Under the pieces are notes generated by a model. The model searched no databases. It saw only the letters and a program-made list of their open reading frames with translations, and had not been told where the DNA came from. From contig NC_043005.1 of the NCBI RefSeq assembly GCF_006345805.1, forward strand, positions 64,666,001 to 64,730,000: a stretch of 64,000 nucleotides of DNA, written 5' to 3'. Positions 51,408 to 63,900 of the stretch are shown here, one piece after another. The DNA comes from Octopus sinensis. Taxonomy: Eukaryota. The stretch's first letter is position 1. The number at the start of each line of letters is the position of its first letter. The position numbers and the translations under genes are program-made.

Positions 51408-52799
51408 CTAAAATTAAATAATATTACAATCTAAATGACAACAAAAATAAACTAGGAAACAGGGAGATTAAGATCATGCGATGCAAACATATTTACTACA
51501 GTTATTGTGTTGTACCCAAGAGAATATAAATGGAACTGTGGTTTCTACAGTTTGTCTGATTAATAAAATAATTTTTCCATTTTATACATGATGTGCAGCA
51601 GTAAGAAAGGAATTCAGTTGCAAAAACATTTTGTTTTAGGAAGCACCATGTCAAGCTTGCAATTATTCATACAAGTTAAGGTTAATAATCTATTATTTTA
51701 AAGTTATTTTGTTGACAGATTACATTTAAGAAATGCTAGATTTTTAAAGGAAAAAATAAAAGAACTAAAAACTCTTTGACTTTGGTCCCCCAAACCTCCA
51801 GAAATAGACATTAGCATAGTGTTAAATTGAAGTTATAAATTTAAACTTTGAAACATTAAGGAAAATGATTTTGTTTTCCTTGTTTCATTGAATGCCTCTA
51901 ACTGAGAAAATTATGTGTTTGAATATATTGTGAGTGGTAAAAATTTTACTAAAAATTTGAAGAGCTTTTAGAAAAGGTAAAATAATAATCTAGGTCCTTC
52001 TAATTTAGGAAAATCATAAGCTGAAAACTTATGCCTTTAGTAAATACAGCTGAAAGACTAATTAATGAAGGAATAAGCAATTATCAAATGTATATTTCTT
52101 GATGCACAAAGATGAAATTTTTTGACCTTAACCTTCACATATTCAAACTAAACATAAGCCACATCAAATTCAAAAGTCTGAGAGGCTTTCAAAAACCATG
52201 TGCACCCACTTCCTCCCATGACTAACCAATAAAAATACAAAAGTGTGAAAATCTAGATATGAAACTAATTAAATAAAATAAAACACAGTAAGTTTTCTTT
52301 TATTATTATTACCAAAAACAGATGTCAACTTTTACAAAACAGAGCTTACTTTGTTTTGAAAGAACCCATACGAGGATACCTAACCCAATTTAGCAGTCCA
52401 AACTATGCCAACATGGAATATGGACATTAAATGATGATAATGAAAATTATCAAAAATTCAACAAATACACAATGAGCCTGACAAAATAGTAAACTTATAA
52501 GCTTAAAGTTTCCTTCCACCAAATATTACTTTCTCATAAAATACCAGCCAATAAGAAACATTCATCTAATGGTTTGATCTACGGAGAGGGGCTGCACTGT
52601 TGGCCTTTGCCAATCCTCCAGAATTAGTGAGGTCAAATGGGGTCAGAGTAAATGCCTTTCTTGAGAATATGGTACGCTGTAGAATTTTTCCATACATACA
52701 TAGAATGAACCATGGATCACATGAAGGGCAATGAGACACTTTTGGCAATGGATCACATGAAGAATAATGAGACATTTTGGGACCAGTTTGAAAAAACTG

Positions 52800-54330
52800 T
52801 AGATGTTTTTGCCCTTAGTGTGTGCGTATGTATGTGGCGGAAAACCTAATGGAGTGGGGAGAGTTTTGGAAATTTGCCTTGTATATACAGTATGAAGTTG
52901 GATGCAAAACAGGTTGCATTTGTAGGAGCTTCTTCTACAGGAGCAGTGATTAATGAGCCATCATGAATGTCAGAAATACTGGAAGAGATCTTTTTAGCAA
53001 AGAGTCAGAAGGTTCAGCTGCTGTTTGAAAGGTGGGAGATCTTGAAGGCTGTGTGATGCTTGAAGGCAAATTTGTGTTTCAGGCGCAATGATTCTTAGCC
53101 TTTACTGCTGCAAAGCAACTATGTTAAGCCACCTGGGGTCTGTGGATATACTCTTACTCTTTTACTTGTTTCAGTCATTTGACTGTGGCTATGCTGGAGC
53201 ACCTCCTTTAGTCAAGCAAATCGACCTCAGGACTTATTCTTTGTAAGCCTAGTACTTATTCTTTCGGTCTCTTTTGCCGAACGGCTAAGTTACATGAACG
53301 TAAACACACCAGCATTGGTTGTCAAGTGATGTTGGGGGACAAACACAGACACACAAACACACACACACACACATGCACATATACATATATACGACGGGCT
53401 TCTTTCTGTTTCCATCTACCAAATCTACTCACAAGGCTTTGGTCAGCCTGAGGCTATAGTAGAAGACACTTGCCCAAGTGCCATGCAGTGGAACTGAACC
53501 CGGGACTATGTGGTTGGTAAGCAAGCTATTTACCACACAGCCCCTCCTGCGCCTGATTAAGATAAAGGTTTCAGTCATCTGCTTGGCTGTCTCCGATGGG
53601 TCAGGAGATAAGAAACTGACAGAACCCAGAGAAATCAACTGATATGAAGTGCAGTAAACTTCAAGGTAAGAGTGTAGAATAGAATGTGGATGTGGAGGTG
53701 GCAGTCATGAGTAGGTGGTAGTCATGAGTAGGTGATAGTCAGAGAGTCTAATAAGAGAAGTGGCAGTAGTGGATTGGAGTGGCCATATACTGATTAAGGA
53801 TACAAGTAGGGGAAGATTTTAAATGTTGTAAAGATTTAAAGATAATAGATTTTCTGCACTAGCAGCGTCAATATGGGATATGTATCAATGACAAGAAAAC
53901 TTGTGAACAATGAAGCCATTGAGTATGACGTTTACTGAGAAAGATGACATTTCCTTGATGCAAGAAAAGATAAGGGTAAAAGATTGTTGGTGGTTGCAGG
54001 CATTAGGAAAGTTACAGAGGCATCAGATGTATTTTGGAAGAGAAATTTTGGTCCAAATTAACTATAAGTACTGGATAGCAAAGATAGACAATAAATGATA
54101 TAGATAAGGAGAAATTTGTCACACGAAGAGGAACATAATGTGTTTGTATATTTTCAAGAGGTGATATGAAGATTCCGGGTTAGGAGTTTACAAATATTTG
54201 AAAAAAAAGTGGAAGACTTATCCAAGAGAGTTAACATTATTTTGTATTTTGACATTTTTACAGTATTTAGCATTGGTTAGGTTGAAGAGATGAGGAGACT
54301 ATAATGTTCAGTTTGCTATAAACTCTTACC
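52800..54330 (-). mobile_element. Highly degenerate LINE (Jockey/CR1-L2 group) interrupted by a SINE
   Basis: Scattered peptides: PRWLN..CFAAVKAKN and DGSLITAP..CFASN. Confidence 0.4.
53150..53553 (-). mobile_element. SINE family 1 copy
   Basis: Aligns with 16021-16415. Confidence 0.88.
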
Positions 54331-54521
54331 ACAATTCTTATAACCAGCTGAATTTCATCAGCCTTCAATCAGCTTCTGGACATCATGTGTTTGCTAGAAC
54401 ATTTCATTTTCAAAATGATAAAGCCCTGCTATCATCTGGTATTGGCTTTCTGCTGGGAAACCTGTTCGACCTGCACCCTTTCAAGTTGTTTCTACTAATA
54501 AGATATTATATACACTTTTCA

Positions 54522-54755
54522 GGCGGTGAGCTGGCAGAAATGGTAGCACGCAGGGCAAAATGCTTAGCGGTATTTCGTCTGCCATTACGTTCTGAGTTCA
54601 AATTCTGGCGAGGTCGACTTTGCCTTTCATCCTTTTGGGGTCGATAAATTAACTACCAGTTACACACTGGGGTCAATGTAATCGACTTAATCCCTTTGTC
54701 TGTCTTTGTTTGTCCCCTCTATGTTTAACCCCTTGTGGGCAATAAAGAAATAAGA
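54522..54755 (+). mobile_element. SINE family 2 copy
   Basis: Aligns with 27729-27961. Flanked by a repeated tatacacttttca. Confidence 0.87.
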
Positions 54756-54833
54756 TATATACACTTTTCAATTAAATATTCACTAACTCTCACAAAACTG
54801 TATAGGCTGTTGTTTTAACTAAGTATAACTATA

Positions 54834-55178
54834 GGCACAGGAGTGGCTGCATGGTAAGAAGCTTACTTCCCAACCACATGGTTCTGGGTTCAGTCCCATT
54901 GTGTGGCACATTGGGCAAGTGCCTTCTACTATAGCCTTAGGCCAACCAAAGCCCTGTGAGTGGATTTAGTAGACAAGAACTGAAAGAATCTCACCATATG
55001 TATGTGTGTGTGTGTGTGTTTACATCCCTATAACTTAGTAGTTTGACAAATGAGACAGATAGAATAAGTACTTTGCTAACAAAAAATAAGTACTGAAGTC
55101 GATTCATTTGACTAAAATTCTTCAAGGTGGTGCCCCAGCATGGCCACAATCTAATGGCATAAACGAATAAAAGAATAA
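54834..55178 (+). mobile_element. SINE family 1 copy
   Basis: Head to tail, with an internal deletion. Confidence 0.85.
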
Positions 55179-55207
55179 GGATATTTCTTAGAATGTTAAT
55201 ATACATA

Positions 55208-55564
55208 CAGTGCTGGATTAAGCATTCAACAAAATAAACACATGGTTAAAGCATCAAAGGAAGTGGGGCACCACAGAAATGGTAAATGGTTTACAGTGCA
55301 AAAGAAATCACTTCAAACTTGCTAAATTATTATTCAAAGTGGTTTATATGATTGGAAATGTAATTTTGAAGTGTTCCTGGTGTCATAGTTTGGATCTAAT
55401 GAAACTAATGAAAGACAAAAAAGTAGGGGGAAACTTTTCAATTGTAAATAAAGATGAAGTATGCAAAAATAAATATTATTTACCATCTTGTTCGTTTTGT
55501 TTTATTTTGAAAAATAAAAATTTATTTTATGCTTAGATCCTCTATGGGTCTTAATCTGGCCCTG
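55208..55564. mobile_element. hAT-like MITE
   Basis: Imperfect TIR cagtgctggattaag / cttaatctggccctg. Confidence 0.55.
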
Positions 55565-56356
55565 TTTATATACTTACCAGAGGAAAAACAATAACTTTAT
55601 CATCTAACGTACAAGAATACTTTTTATCATGTTACAAAATAACTAGAAGCAAAACTGATTATTTCTAAAGACACCAGAAATAAATTCGGCATAGGAGGAA
55701 TAAATTAGCTGTTAGTGATAAACTTTTAATTTGGGAGCAATTAAGAATGATTTGTCTTCAAATGATCACTTACAAGTGATGTCTGTTAAAGCAAGATATA
55801 TTGATCCACCATACATAACCAGCCCAATATTGAACAAAATCTATCTTCAGCAAATACTTGCCACATTCTTGCTGATAAATCTTTGTAGGGGGTTTTATTG
55901 CTAATAAATCAGAAATGTAAAAACAAGACTACAATCTATCACTTTGATAAACCAAATAGCTTCATAGAAGCACAGTAGTTACTGTACAACCTGTCGTATA
56001 TTTATGATTTTTTTTTCTTGTTAATTTTCATATCCTGATATCAGAAAATTTCTATTTATATGTATTAGGTCAGGCAATTATTAGCAACTTAACCAAAATG
56101 ATTGACACATAATTTGTGTCTGCATGAACTTTAGCAAATCCTATATAGTTGTGAGTGGAGACTATAATTAATTCCTTCAACTTCCCTTGCTACTGACTTG
56201 AGAAAAGAAAGAATAGCAAAATGTAATTTATTTCACCTGATTGTAAAACACTTTGCCAGTTCCAGAGCTAAACAATAAGAGTTTATCTTTGAATATAATA
56301 TAAAATGTTAGATAATATTTCTGAAACTTATAAAATGGTGGTTAGAAGTACATCAT

Positions 56357-56589
56357 ACCTATTTCTTTATTACCCACAAGGGGCTAAACACAGAGGGGAC
56401 AAACAAGGACAGACATAGGTATTAAGTCGATTACATCGACCCCAGTGCGTAACTGGTACTTAATTTATCGACCCCGAAAGGATGAAAGGCAAAGTCGACC
56501 TCGGCGGAATTTGAACTCACAACGTAACGCAGACGAAATACCGCTAAGCATTTCACCCGGCGTGCTAACGTTTCTGCCAGCTCGCCGCC
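56357..56589 (-). mobile_element. SINE family 2 copy
   Basis: Reverse complement of the 27729/57785 copies. Confidence 0.88.
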
Positions 56590-56759
56590 GTAGTACATCA
56601 TACCTAATCAGCTATCATGCATGCAAGTGTATGTGCATACATGTGTGTGTGCATACATGTGTTGGTATGTGTGAGTTTGTGTGCATGCAAGTACACACAT
56701 GTGTATATATATATTTGTAAAGAAAGTAAAAATGTAACTGATACAACATAAAACCGTAC

Positions 56760-56878
56760 TTCGTCGAATAATCATCAAGAAATTGAGTGTAGTCCACAGC
56801 AAACTGTTCAACACCAGCTGACAACTCTGTCTTGAATTGAGGTTGGATTTCCAATAGCATTCCTTGAACTTCTAGAGC
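56760..56878 (-). CDS. DNAH5: Dynein heavy chain exon 2, 119 bp, ALEVQGMLLEIQPQFK...DDYSTK
   Basis: aacag acceptor, gtacgg donor, phase 0/2. The split codon AA|A completes with the next exon. Confidence 0.88.
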
Positions 56879-57029
56879 CTGTTATAGTAGTTAAATAAAG
56901 AAACAGAGAAACCTAGATGTATATACGTATTTAAACTGAGTGTGAATATAGACAGTGCATAATGAGTAAGAAGGGGGAAGGAATACAGTGGCATTAATAT
57001 AGTTCTTGTTTTCTCTTATTGCCTTCTCT

Positions 57030-57480
57030 AGGTATTTATCTATCTAGGTCATCCCACAGGACACTCCAGACTGTTTCCACATGTTTCCCCATTCATCTTG
57101 GTCTTCCATAATGTTCCTCAGCTCCTGTACCCCTTCCGTACCAGTATCCTCCAGCAAGTAGTTGATATAGGTCATCTTTCTCATTCTTCACCTGGTTCCT
57201 CTTTCTGATGGTTGCCAGAGCACTAGCTTGTTAGCAGTTTCATCGGTGTGTCTGATGCAGTGTCCAGCTAGCTTCATCTTTCAATGCTGTGTCTTCAATG
57301 TTACTTTTGATAGTCCCTGGTTATAAGTCGGCATTTGTTGTATGACTCTTTCAGAAGACATTGAGTGGCATTCTAAGCATCCTCACATAACAACCATCCA
57401 ACTGCTTCTTCAATGCTTTAGTGAGTGTCCATGCTTCAATCCCGTATAAAAGAACAGACTCCACTGTTGCCAGAAACAAG
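57030..57480 (-). mobile_element. RTE-like LINE 3' fragment (second family)
   Basis: Peptide ATVESVLLYGIEAWTLTKALKKQLDGCYVRMLR. Confidence 0.72.
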
Positions 57481-57784
57481 TAAAAGAGTATATATAAGCA
57501 AATGTACCCCATCAACTTTGTGATGCTGCCAAATAACTTGCAAGACAAAGGAAAACTGAGAAGGGTGGCAGTAAAGTTGGAGGTGTTTTGATGACATGTG
57601 TTGAGAAGCTAAAGTGTGATAGAGGAACAGAAACAGATAACTTGCTAATGAAAAGGTAGATGGGTATGCCACATTATTTAAGGGCAGGCAGAATTAGAAT
57701 AAAATTTCTTAGTTCAAAGCTTAATTTGGCTCCCTTCATTATTGCTAATGGATAAAATCTGCTGTTAATATGTGCATACATTAA

Positions 57785-58335
57785 GGTGGCGAGCTGGCAG
57801 AAATGTTAGCATGCCGGGCGAAATGCTTAGTGGTATTTTGTCTGAGTTCAAATTCCGCCGAGGTCGACTTTGCCTTTCATCCTTTCAGGGTCGATAAATT
57901 AAATACCAGTTACGCACGGGGGTCGATGTAATCAACTTCATCCGTTTGTCTGTCCTTGTTTGTCCCCTCTGTGTTTAACCCCTTGTGGGTAGTAAAGAAA
58001 TAGGTATTTCATCTGCCGTTACCTTCTGAGTTCAAATTCCGCCGAGGCCGGCTTTGCCTTTCATCCTTTCGAGGTCGATTAAATAAGTACCAGTTATGCA
58101 CTGGGGTCGATATAATGGACTTAATTCGTTTGTCTGTCCTTGTTTGTCCTCTCTGTGTTTAGCCCCTTGTGGGTAGTAAAGAAATAGGTATTTCGTCTGT
58201 CTTTATGTTCTGAGTTCAAGTTCCGCTGAGATCGACTCAGCCTTTTATCCTTTCAGACTTGATAAATTAAGTACCAGTTGCATACTGGAATCAATCTAAT
58301 CAACTGGCCTCTTCCCTAAAAATTTCGGGCTTTGT
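57785..58335 (+). mobile_element. SINE family 2 with three tandem body units
   Basis: One head followed by three repeats of the tctgagttcaa...gcctttcatcctttc...taccagtt unit. Confidence 0.87.
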
Positions 58336-58416
58336 GTCTAGAGTAGAAAGGAATATGTGCATACGTTTCTTGGGACACCCTGCCTTCACATCCTTTTGGT
58401 GGTCAACAAATACAGT

Positions 58417-58704
58417 TGTTCCTTCTCGAGGCACACCTGGTTCAGGGCTGGTTTCCCGGTTTCCTTGGTGTATAGGTTCCCCACCTGGACAGGACCATTG
58501 CAGGTGAGCTGCAAGATGCAGGAGGAAAGAGTGAGAGAAAGTTGTGGCGAAAGAGTCAGCAGAGGTTCGCCATTACCTTCTGCCGGAGCCGCGTGGGGCT
58601 TAGGTGTTTCACTCATAAACACACACATTGCCCGGTCTGAGATTCGAACCCACGATCCCTCGACTGTGAGTCCACTGCTCTAACCACCAAGCCATGTGCC
58701 TCCA
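58417..58704 (-). mobile_element. SINE family 3 copy, TSD aaatacagt
   Basis: Aligns with 9500-9808. Confidence 0.87.
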
Positions 58705-59009
58705 AAAATAAATACAGTACCAATTGATAAATCTTGCTTTTCATCTACACCTCCCTCTCTTCTTCCTTCTCCTAAAGTGAGATCTGGGGAGGAATGGACT
58801 CCACTATGTTTAGATAGCCAAGACATGAATGTCTCAATGAATGCTTCATCTACAAGGGTAAATGTGGTACGTATTTTATATCTAATATGTTTAACTTTTC
58901 CTTGTTTCCTAATATTTAATTATGCTTCAATGAAATGAGAAATTATTCCATTCATAAAACAGCTAGTAATGACCAAGTAGCATATGATATTAACAAAAAA
59001 ATGTCTTAC

Positions 59010-59414
59010 CAGTGTTTTCACTTTTGAAAACAGGTAGGCAAATGAATCAAGGCGTTCAGCATTTCCATCATTAAAAACAATGCCATACTTATGTAACAAA
59101 GAATAAGCCTCTTCTATGGGAATGAAATTAAGTTCAACTGACACTTCGGCTTCTTTTCCTTCTGTTATGGCTGCCATCAGTGCACGTACATCATCCAAAT
59201 CTTTAACAGGGTGGGACAAGCTTTTCATCATACGATCAAAGAAAGAGAAGACAGTATTCATCTTTTGTGCAGAGATTTCATTTAGAGCCTTTGCATATGA
59301 ATATTCCCAAGCTTTGACTTCTGTAGTAAGGGACGTTTTTAAGTTTTCTGTCATCATTTCTATTGGTCCAACAGTGTAGCTGGATTCAATCTGCTCAATT
59401 TCTTGTTGTAAATT
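59010..59414 (-). CDS. DNAH5: Axonemal dynein heavy chain (DNAH5/8-like), exon 1 of 11 in window, 405 bp, NLQQEIEQ...FSKVKTL
   Basis: tttag acceptor, gtaag donor, phase 0/0. Resembles the outer-arm dynein tail (PVKDLDDVR, PIEEAYSLL). Splices in frame to the next exon. Confidence 0.9.
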
Positions 59415-59644
59415 CTAAAAAAAAAACAAAAAAAACATCATGTAAATTGACAAAAGTAATAACATTGAAGCAGTCACATTACTATAAACTAGCAAAAATA
59501 CCAATTCTATCTTTTATGAGGCTCAATGTTCTCAAACCAGTCTTTATTATTATTAGCAGGAGTGAAGAACAGCTCTTTCGAGAGGTTACACTTCTCGCTT
59601 ATGATGTTGTGAGCGAGAATGAGATAACCACGGCGGTGGCGTTT

Positions 59645-59920
59645 TTCAATCTGGAAGCGGGGTCATTCCGAAAAGCTCTACCTGCGATGATGTCATCTCA
59701 ATCGAAGGAGAGGAGCTTTCTCCGTCCGGGTTGCGGATCCATGGAACAAGCTGCCAGACGAGATGGTGAAGATGCCGACGACCGCTTTGTTCAAAGTCTC
59801 CCTTGACCTCAAGTGGCCTGAACTCTTTACATGAACACCACCCTGTACATAACTCCATGTCCCCCTACATGGCCTTGTTTTTTGCTTTTGAGCCAAAAAA
59901 ATTAACTAACTAACTAACTA
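59645..59920 (+). mobile_element. CR1-clade LINE 3' end with (TAAC)n tail
   Basis: Peptide RGHSEKL...RRGAFSVRVADPWNKLPDEMV...FKVSLD. Confidence 0.78.
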
Positions 59921-60469
59921 CTGAGAAGGCAATTCTGTGGTTTGCATAATGACACATAATAGCAAACACAATTACATCTAAGCCATGCAATAATCCTGTA
60001 TAAACAATGAAAAAGAACTGATAGCAAACAGTGGTGTCATAGCTGTAGAGTCACTCTGACTATATGAGACAATTTCTTTTTTGCGAGGAGCCATTTTACT
60101 CTCATCAATTCCAATATCTATCACAATTTTCTTTAATTTTTTTTACAATTTACTATAAATTTCTTTTATGATGGTAAAGTGCACTTTTATGATGGTAAAG
60201 TGCATGTTAACCTAATACCATGTGTATGTTAAAGATATAAATGATTTTATAATATCGGTAAAATCAATCATATGTAACACATATAAAATGTTGGTGTATA
60301 CATATCCATTTATTCAATATCCAAAAGTAAAACTGGAAAAAGCAGAATAAGGAAAGAAAATAAGAAAAACAGAAACACGAAAGGAAAAGGAAAAAAAGGA
60401 AAAACACACCAATGCAACATCGAGTGCCACGGTTGGTCTCACATCACATGGTTCAGCAGAACCTAGTGA

Positions 60470-61080
60470 AGCAAGCTAATACATTTGTGGCATTACCACA
60501 GGCGATGGCGAGGCTAAGGCATTGGACCAGCAAAGCACCTTCAGGGGCATCACCCAACATCTAGGCAAGGTGAGCTGCCAACAATGACAAGAACTTCCCC
60601 ATCAATGCCCCCACCCCTCCAAACGTCTCAAACACCACAGGCTGGAAGAGACAGTTCACTGACATGTTTGTTCCTTCTCAAGCCATGCCTGGCTCATTAG
60701 GGCCGGTTTCTTTGGTGTATAGGTTCCCCACCTGGATAGGACGCCGGTCCATCACAGGTGAGCTGCAAGATGCAGGAGGAAAGAGTGAGAGAAAGTTGTG
60801 GTGAAAGAGTCAGCAGAGGTTCGCCATTACCTTTTGCCAGAGCCGCGTGGGGCTTAGGTGTTTCACTCATAAACAACTGTGTACCTGGTCTGAGATTCAA
60901 ACCCACAATCCCTCGACCACGAGTCCGCTGCTCTAACCACTAGGCCATGTGCCTCCACAGTTCACTGACAAGTCTTGATGCTTCAGTATCTTGTTCCATT
61001 TGGTTACAGAAGCAGTGAACCTCTCATTTATTACAGTATCCATGATGTTGGAGGGAGCATCCCAGACGAGGTACTAGGAC
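60470..61080 (-). mobile_element. CRE-like (restriction-like endonuclease) non-LTR retrotransposon C-terminal remnant, split by a SINE
   Basis: Manual translation LVWD...KILKHQDL..CLFQPVVFETFGGVG...FL..L...LVQCLSLAIACGNA. Confidence 0.62.
60665..60956 (-). mobile_element. SINE family 3 copy with TSD acagttcactgaca
   Basis: TSD at 60651-60664 and ~60957-60970. Confidence 0.9.
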
Positions 61081-61837
61081 AATACACTGAATAATAAAGA
61101 CCATAAAAGCACCTAAATCATGAACACGGTCGTTGCTGGAAGGCATATAAACATGCTCACTCGAGACCTGAAAGCTGAACAGTATTGTTACTGTCATTGC
61201 TAATTATTATCCCTTGTTTTCAGTGTTTCTTTTTATTGTCCACCATTTTATATGCACAAAGATCGGAAGGTTATCAAACTGTCAGAAAAAAATAAAATTC
61301 GAAGGATATTATGCAATTAATTGCAATTAACTTGATTTTTACACCGATCAATTTAAATAGATTTGGTGCGAAACAGTTGTATGGTTTGAAAAGTTATGCA
61401 ATTAATCATGTTTTGTAATTATCCTTTATGCAATGAAATCGAATTAACTAAATACAAAATTACATTTATCATATACTCAAGTAAACAAAATTATTTATAC
61501 GGCATCCCGAACAGCATTTACTCTTGTATCTTCTATTGATGAGAGCGTTATTGAAATGGTGATACTATTGAACTATTACAAGTGGACACTTTGTTCGGCT
61601 GGAGAAGAAATAAGTCACTGGGTTCTATGAGGTAATTAGCTAACTAATCAGTTGATAACTAATTTATATTTCGTAATCGTATCACTCATCTATTCAATTA
61701 ATTCTCTTATGTAATTTATATGCATATGCTAGTCATAAAACTAAACACTAAACTATTATTGTTATTGTGCAGCTTTATATTTTCACAGCATGAGAAATAT
61801 TTATACAGATCACATATTTCACTAACAAATTTGATAT

Positions 61838-62400
61838 CATCATCATCATCATTTAACGTCCATTTTCCGTGCTAGCACAGGTTGGACGGTTTGACCGGGG
61901 TCTGGGAAGCCAGGAGGCTGCACCAAGATCCAGTCTGAACTGGCAGTGTTTCTAAAGCTGGATGCCCTTCCTAACGCCAACCACTCTGTGAGTGTAGTGG
62001 GTGCTTTTTATGTGCCAGGGGAAGCTGGCAGCGGCCATGATCAGTTGGTGCTTTCTACGTGCCACCGGCACAGAAGCCAGTCAAGGCAGTGCTGGCATCA
62101 GCCACGTTCGGATGGTGCTTTTTTTACATGCCACCGGCACAGGTATCACAACTACAATTTCCATTTGATATTTATTTTGATTTCCCAGATCCCCAGTCGA
62201 ACCGTCCAACCCATGCTAGCATGGAGAACGGACGTTAAACGATGATGATGATGATGATGTTGATGTACTTGACTCAATAGGTCTCCTCAAGCACAGCAGG
62301 TCATGTGCCACCGGCACAGAAGCCAGTCAAGGCGGCACTGGCATCGGCCACGTTCAGATGGTACTTTTTATATGTATCACAACTACAATTTCCATTTGAT
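61838..62400 (-). mobile_element. RTE 3' UTR fragment containing an inverted RTE terminal fragment (62182-62265, plus)
   Basis: Both match the RTE tail consensus ccatgctagcatgg...gttaaa(gat)n. Confidence 0.83.
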
Positions 62401-62401
62401 A

Positions 62402-62434
<33 letters not shown>

Positions 62435-62435
<1 letters not shown>

Positions 62436-63122
62436 AGCAAATTAGCTTGTTAGAAAATCTCTATAAGAAATGAAAGCAGAAACTATACTGAGAAGTAATG
62501 TTTATTGCCATTTTAACATGGCTGTTCTGTAGGAACCGACATTACTACTATTTTAACCCCAGAAGAATGCCTTCTCCATCTGATTAGTTGGTGCAATTTG
62601 CACCCAACATATATATTGCAGGAAGGGAGTGAACCCCTACCATCTTCCAACAATGAGACCACCAGACCATACAGTTTTGAGCTATTTGTGCTCAGCTTCA
62701 GTGGTGGATACATGCCTGCTAGAGATAACAGCTATTTGTTCCAGCTTGCAATATATAGAAAAATAAGTGACAACCAACCACTGATCTGGCAACAAGCAAA
62801 TTAACTTGCCATAACATTTCTATAAGAGATGAAACCAGTAACTATTCTGAAAAGTAGTGTTTATTGTCACATCCACATTTTAACCCCAGGAGAACACCTC
62901 CTCCAGCTAGTTAGTTGATGCAATCTGCACCCAATATATATCACAAGCAGGGGAGTGAACCCCTACCATCTTCCAGTGATAGAACCATCAGATCAGTGAC
63001 TTGTTGTTACTTATTTTTCTATATATTGTGAGCTGGAATGAACTACAGCTATCTCTAGCAGACAAGTATCCATCACAGGATGAACACAAATAGCTTGAAA
63101 CCATATCGTCTGGTGGTCCCTC
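62435..63122. repeat. Rearranged repeat A-B-A'-B(inverted)
   Basis: A ~62435-62665 and ~62795-62990 are direct; B ~62655-62790 and ~62987-63122 are inverted. Confidence 0.75.
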
Positions 63123-63349
63123 AAGTGATTTTTTTTTTTGTTTGTTTGTAGAGTTACAAAAACAGAAAAAGTCTATTGTACACTGCTGTAGTAATAGTTC
63201 AGATCATGTAAATAATTAATGCATTTTTCTTTTACAGGGAAAATTCAAAAACAAATTTCTCAAACAAATTATAATTTTTGTATCTCCTGCACTACATAAT
63301 CCTGCAGAGACTCGAGTCATCTATAGAATAGTGGATCCCACAGCATCAT

Positions 63350-63900
63350 TTATTCCCTCATTTTACACTGGTTCATGTGCTTTTTTTTCCCATTTGTTAT
63401 GTGTGGGTACTATCTTTCGAGTTAATAAACTCAACACAGTGGTTCACTGTTTTATGTTGAAAATTATAATGATCAATATCAGGAATGTGAGAGGAAGCTC
63501 TCCACAAGTCTCTGAAGGTTGTGGTTCCTGGAAGAACCAACTGTTGTATGCATTCCTCTAGTGTGTTGCTATTCCAGCATGGCACTGCATAAAGAAAAAC
63601 ATGTTTGGTCTTGCAACAGATTCCTCTGAAAACTCACTGCTCAAGTAGCAAGCACCCTTCCTTTGTTGTATTTACACCTTGAGAAGACTGTTTCATCTAC
63701 CTCAACAATCTTCTCATGACTGCATATCTGAACTGGATTGCAGACCAGGTCCTTCACATATATTTCACAAACATAGCTGTTGTAAGTAACAGCTGAAAAG
63801 GGGCTCATCTCCAGTTCTTCAATACAAAACCAAACCAAAGTCAGCAACTTGCCTCATGAAAAGCAGTACAGTCCTAAGAAGAAGGGTACCACCCCCTAAC
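63350..63900 (-). mobile_element. Merlin (IS1016/ISXO2-like DDE) transposase remnant
   Basis: Peptides IVEVDETVFSRCKYNKGR and TLEECIQQLVLPGTT..DLWR...HKTVNH..EF....THT. Confidence 0.8.
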
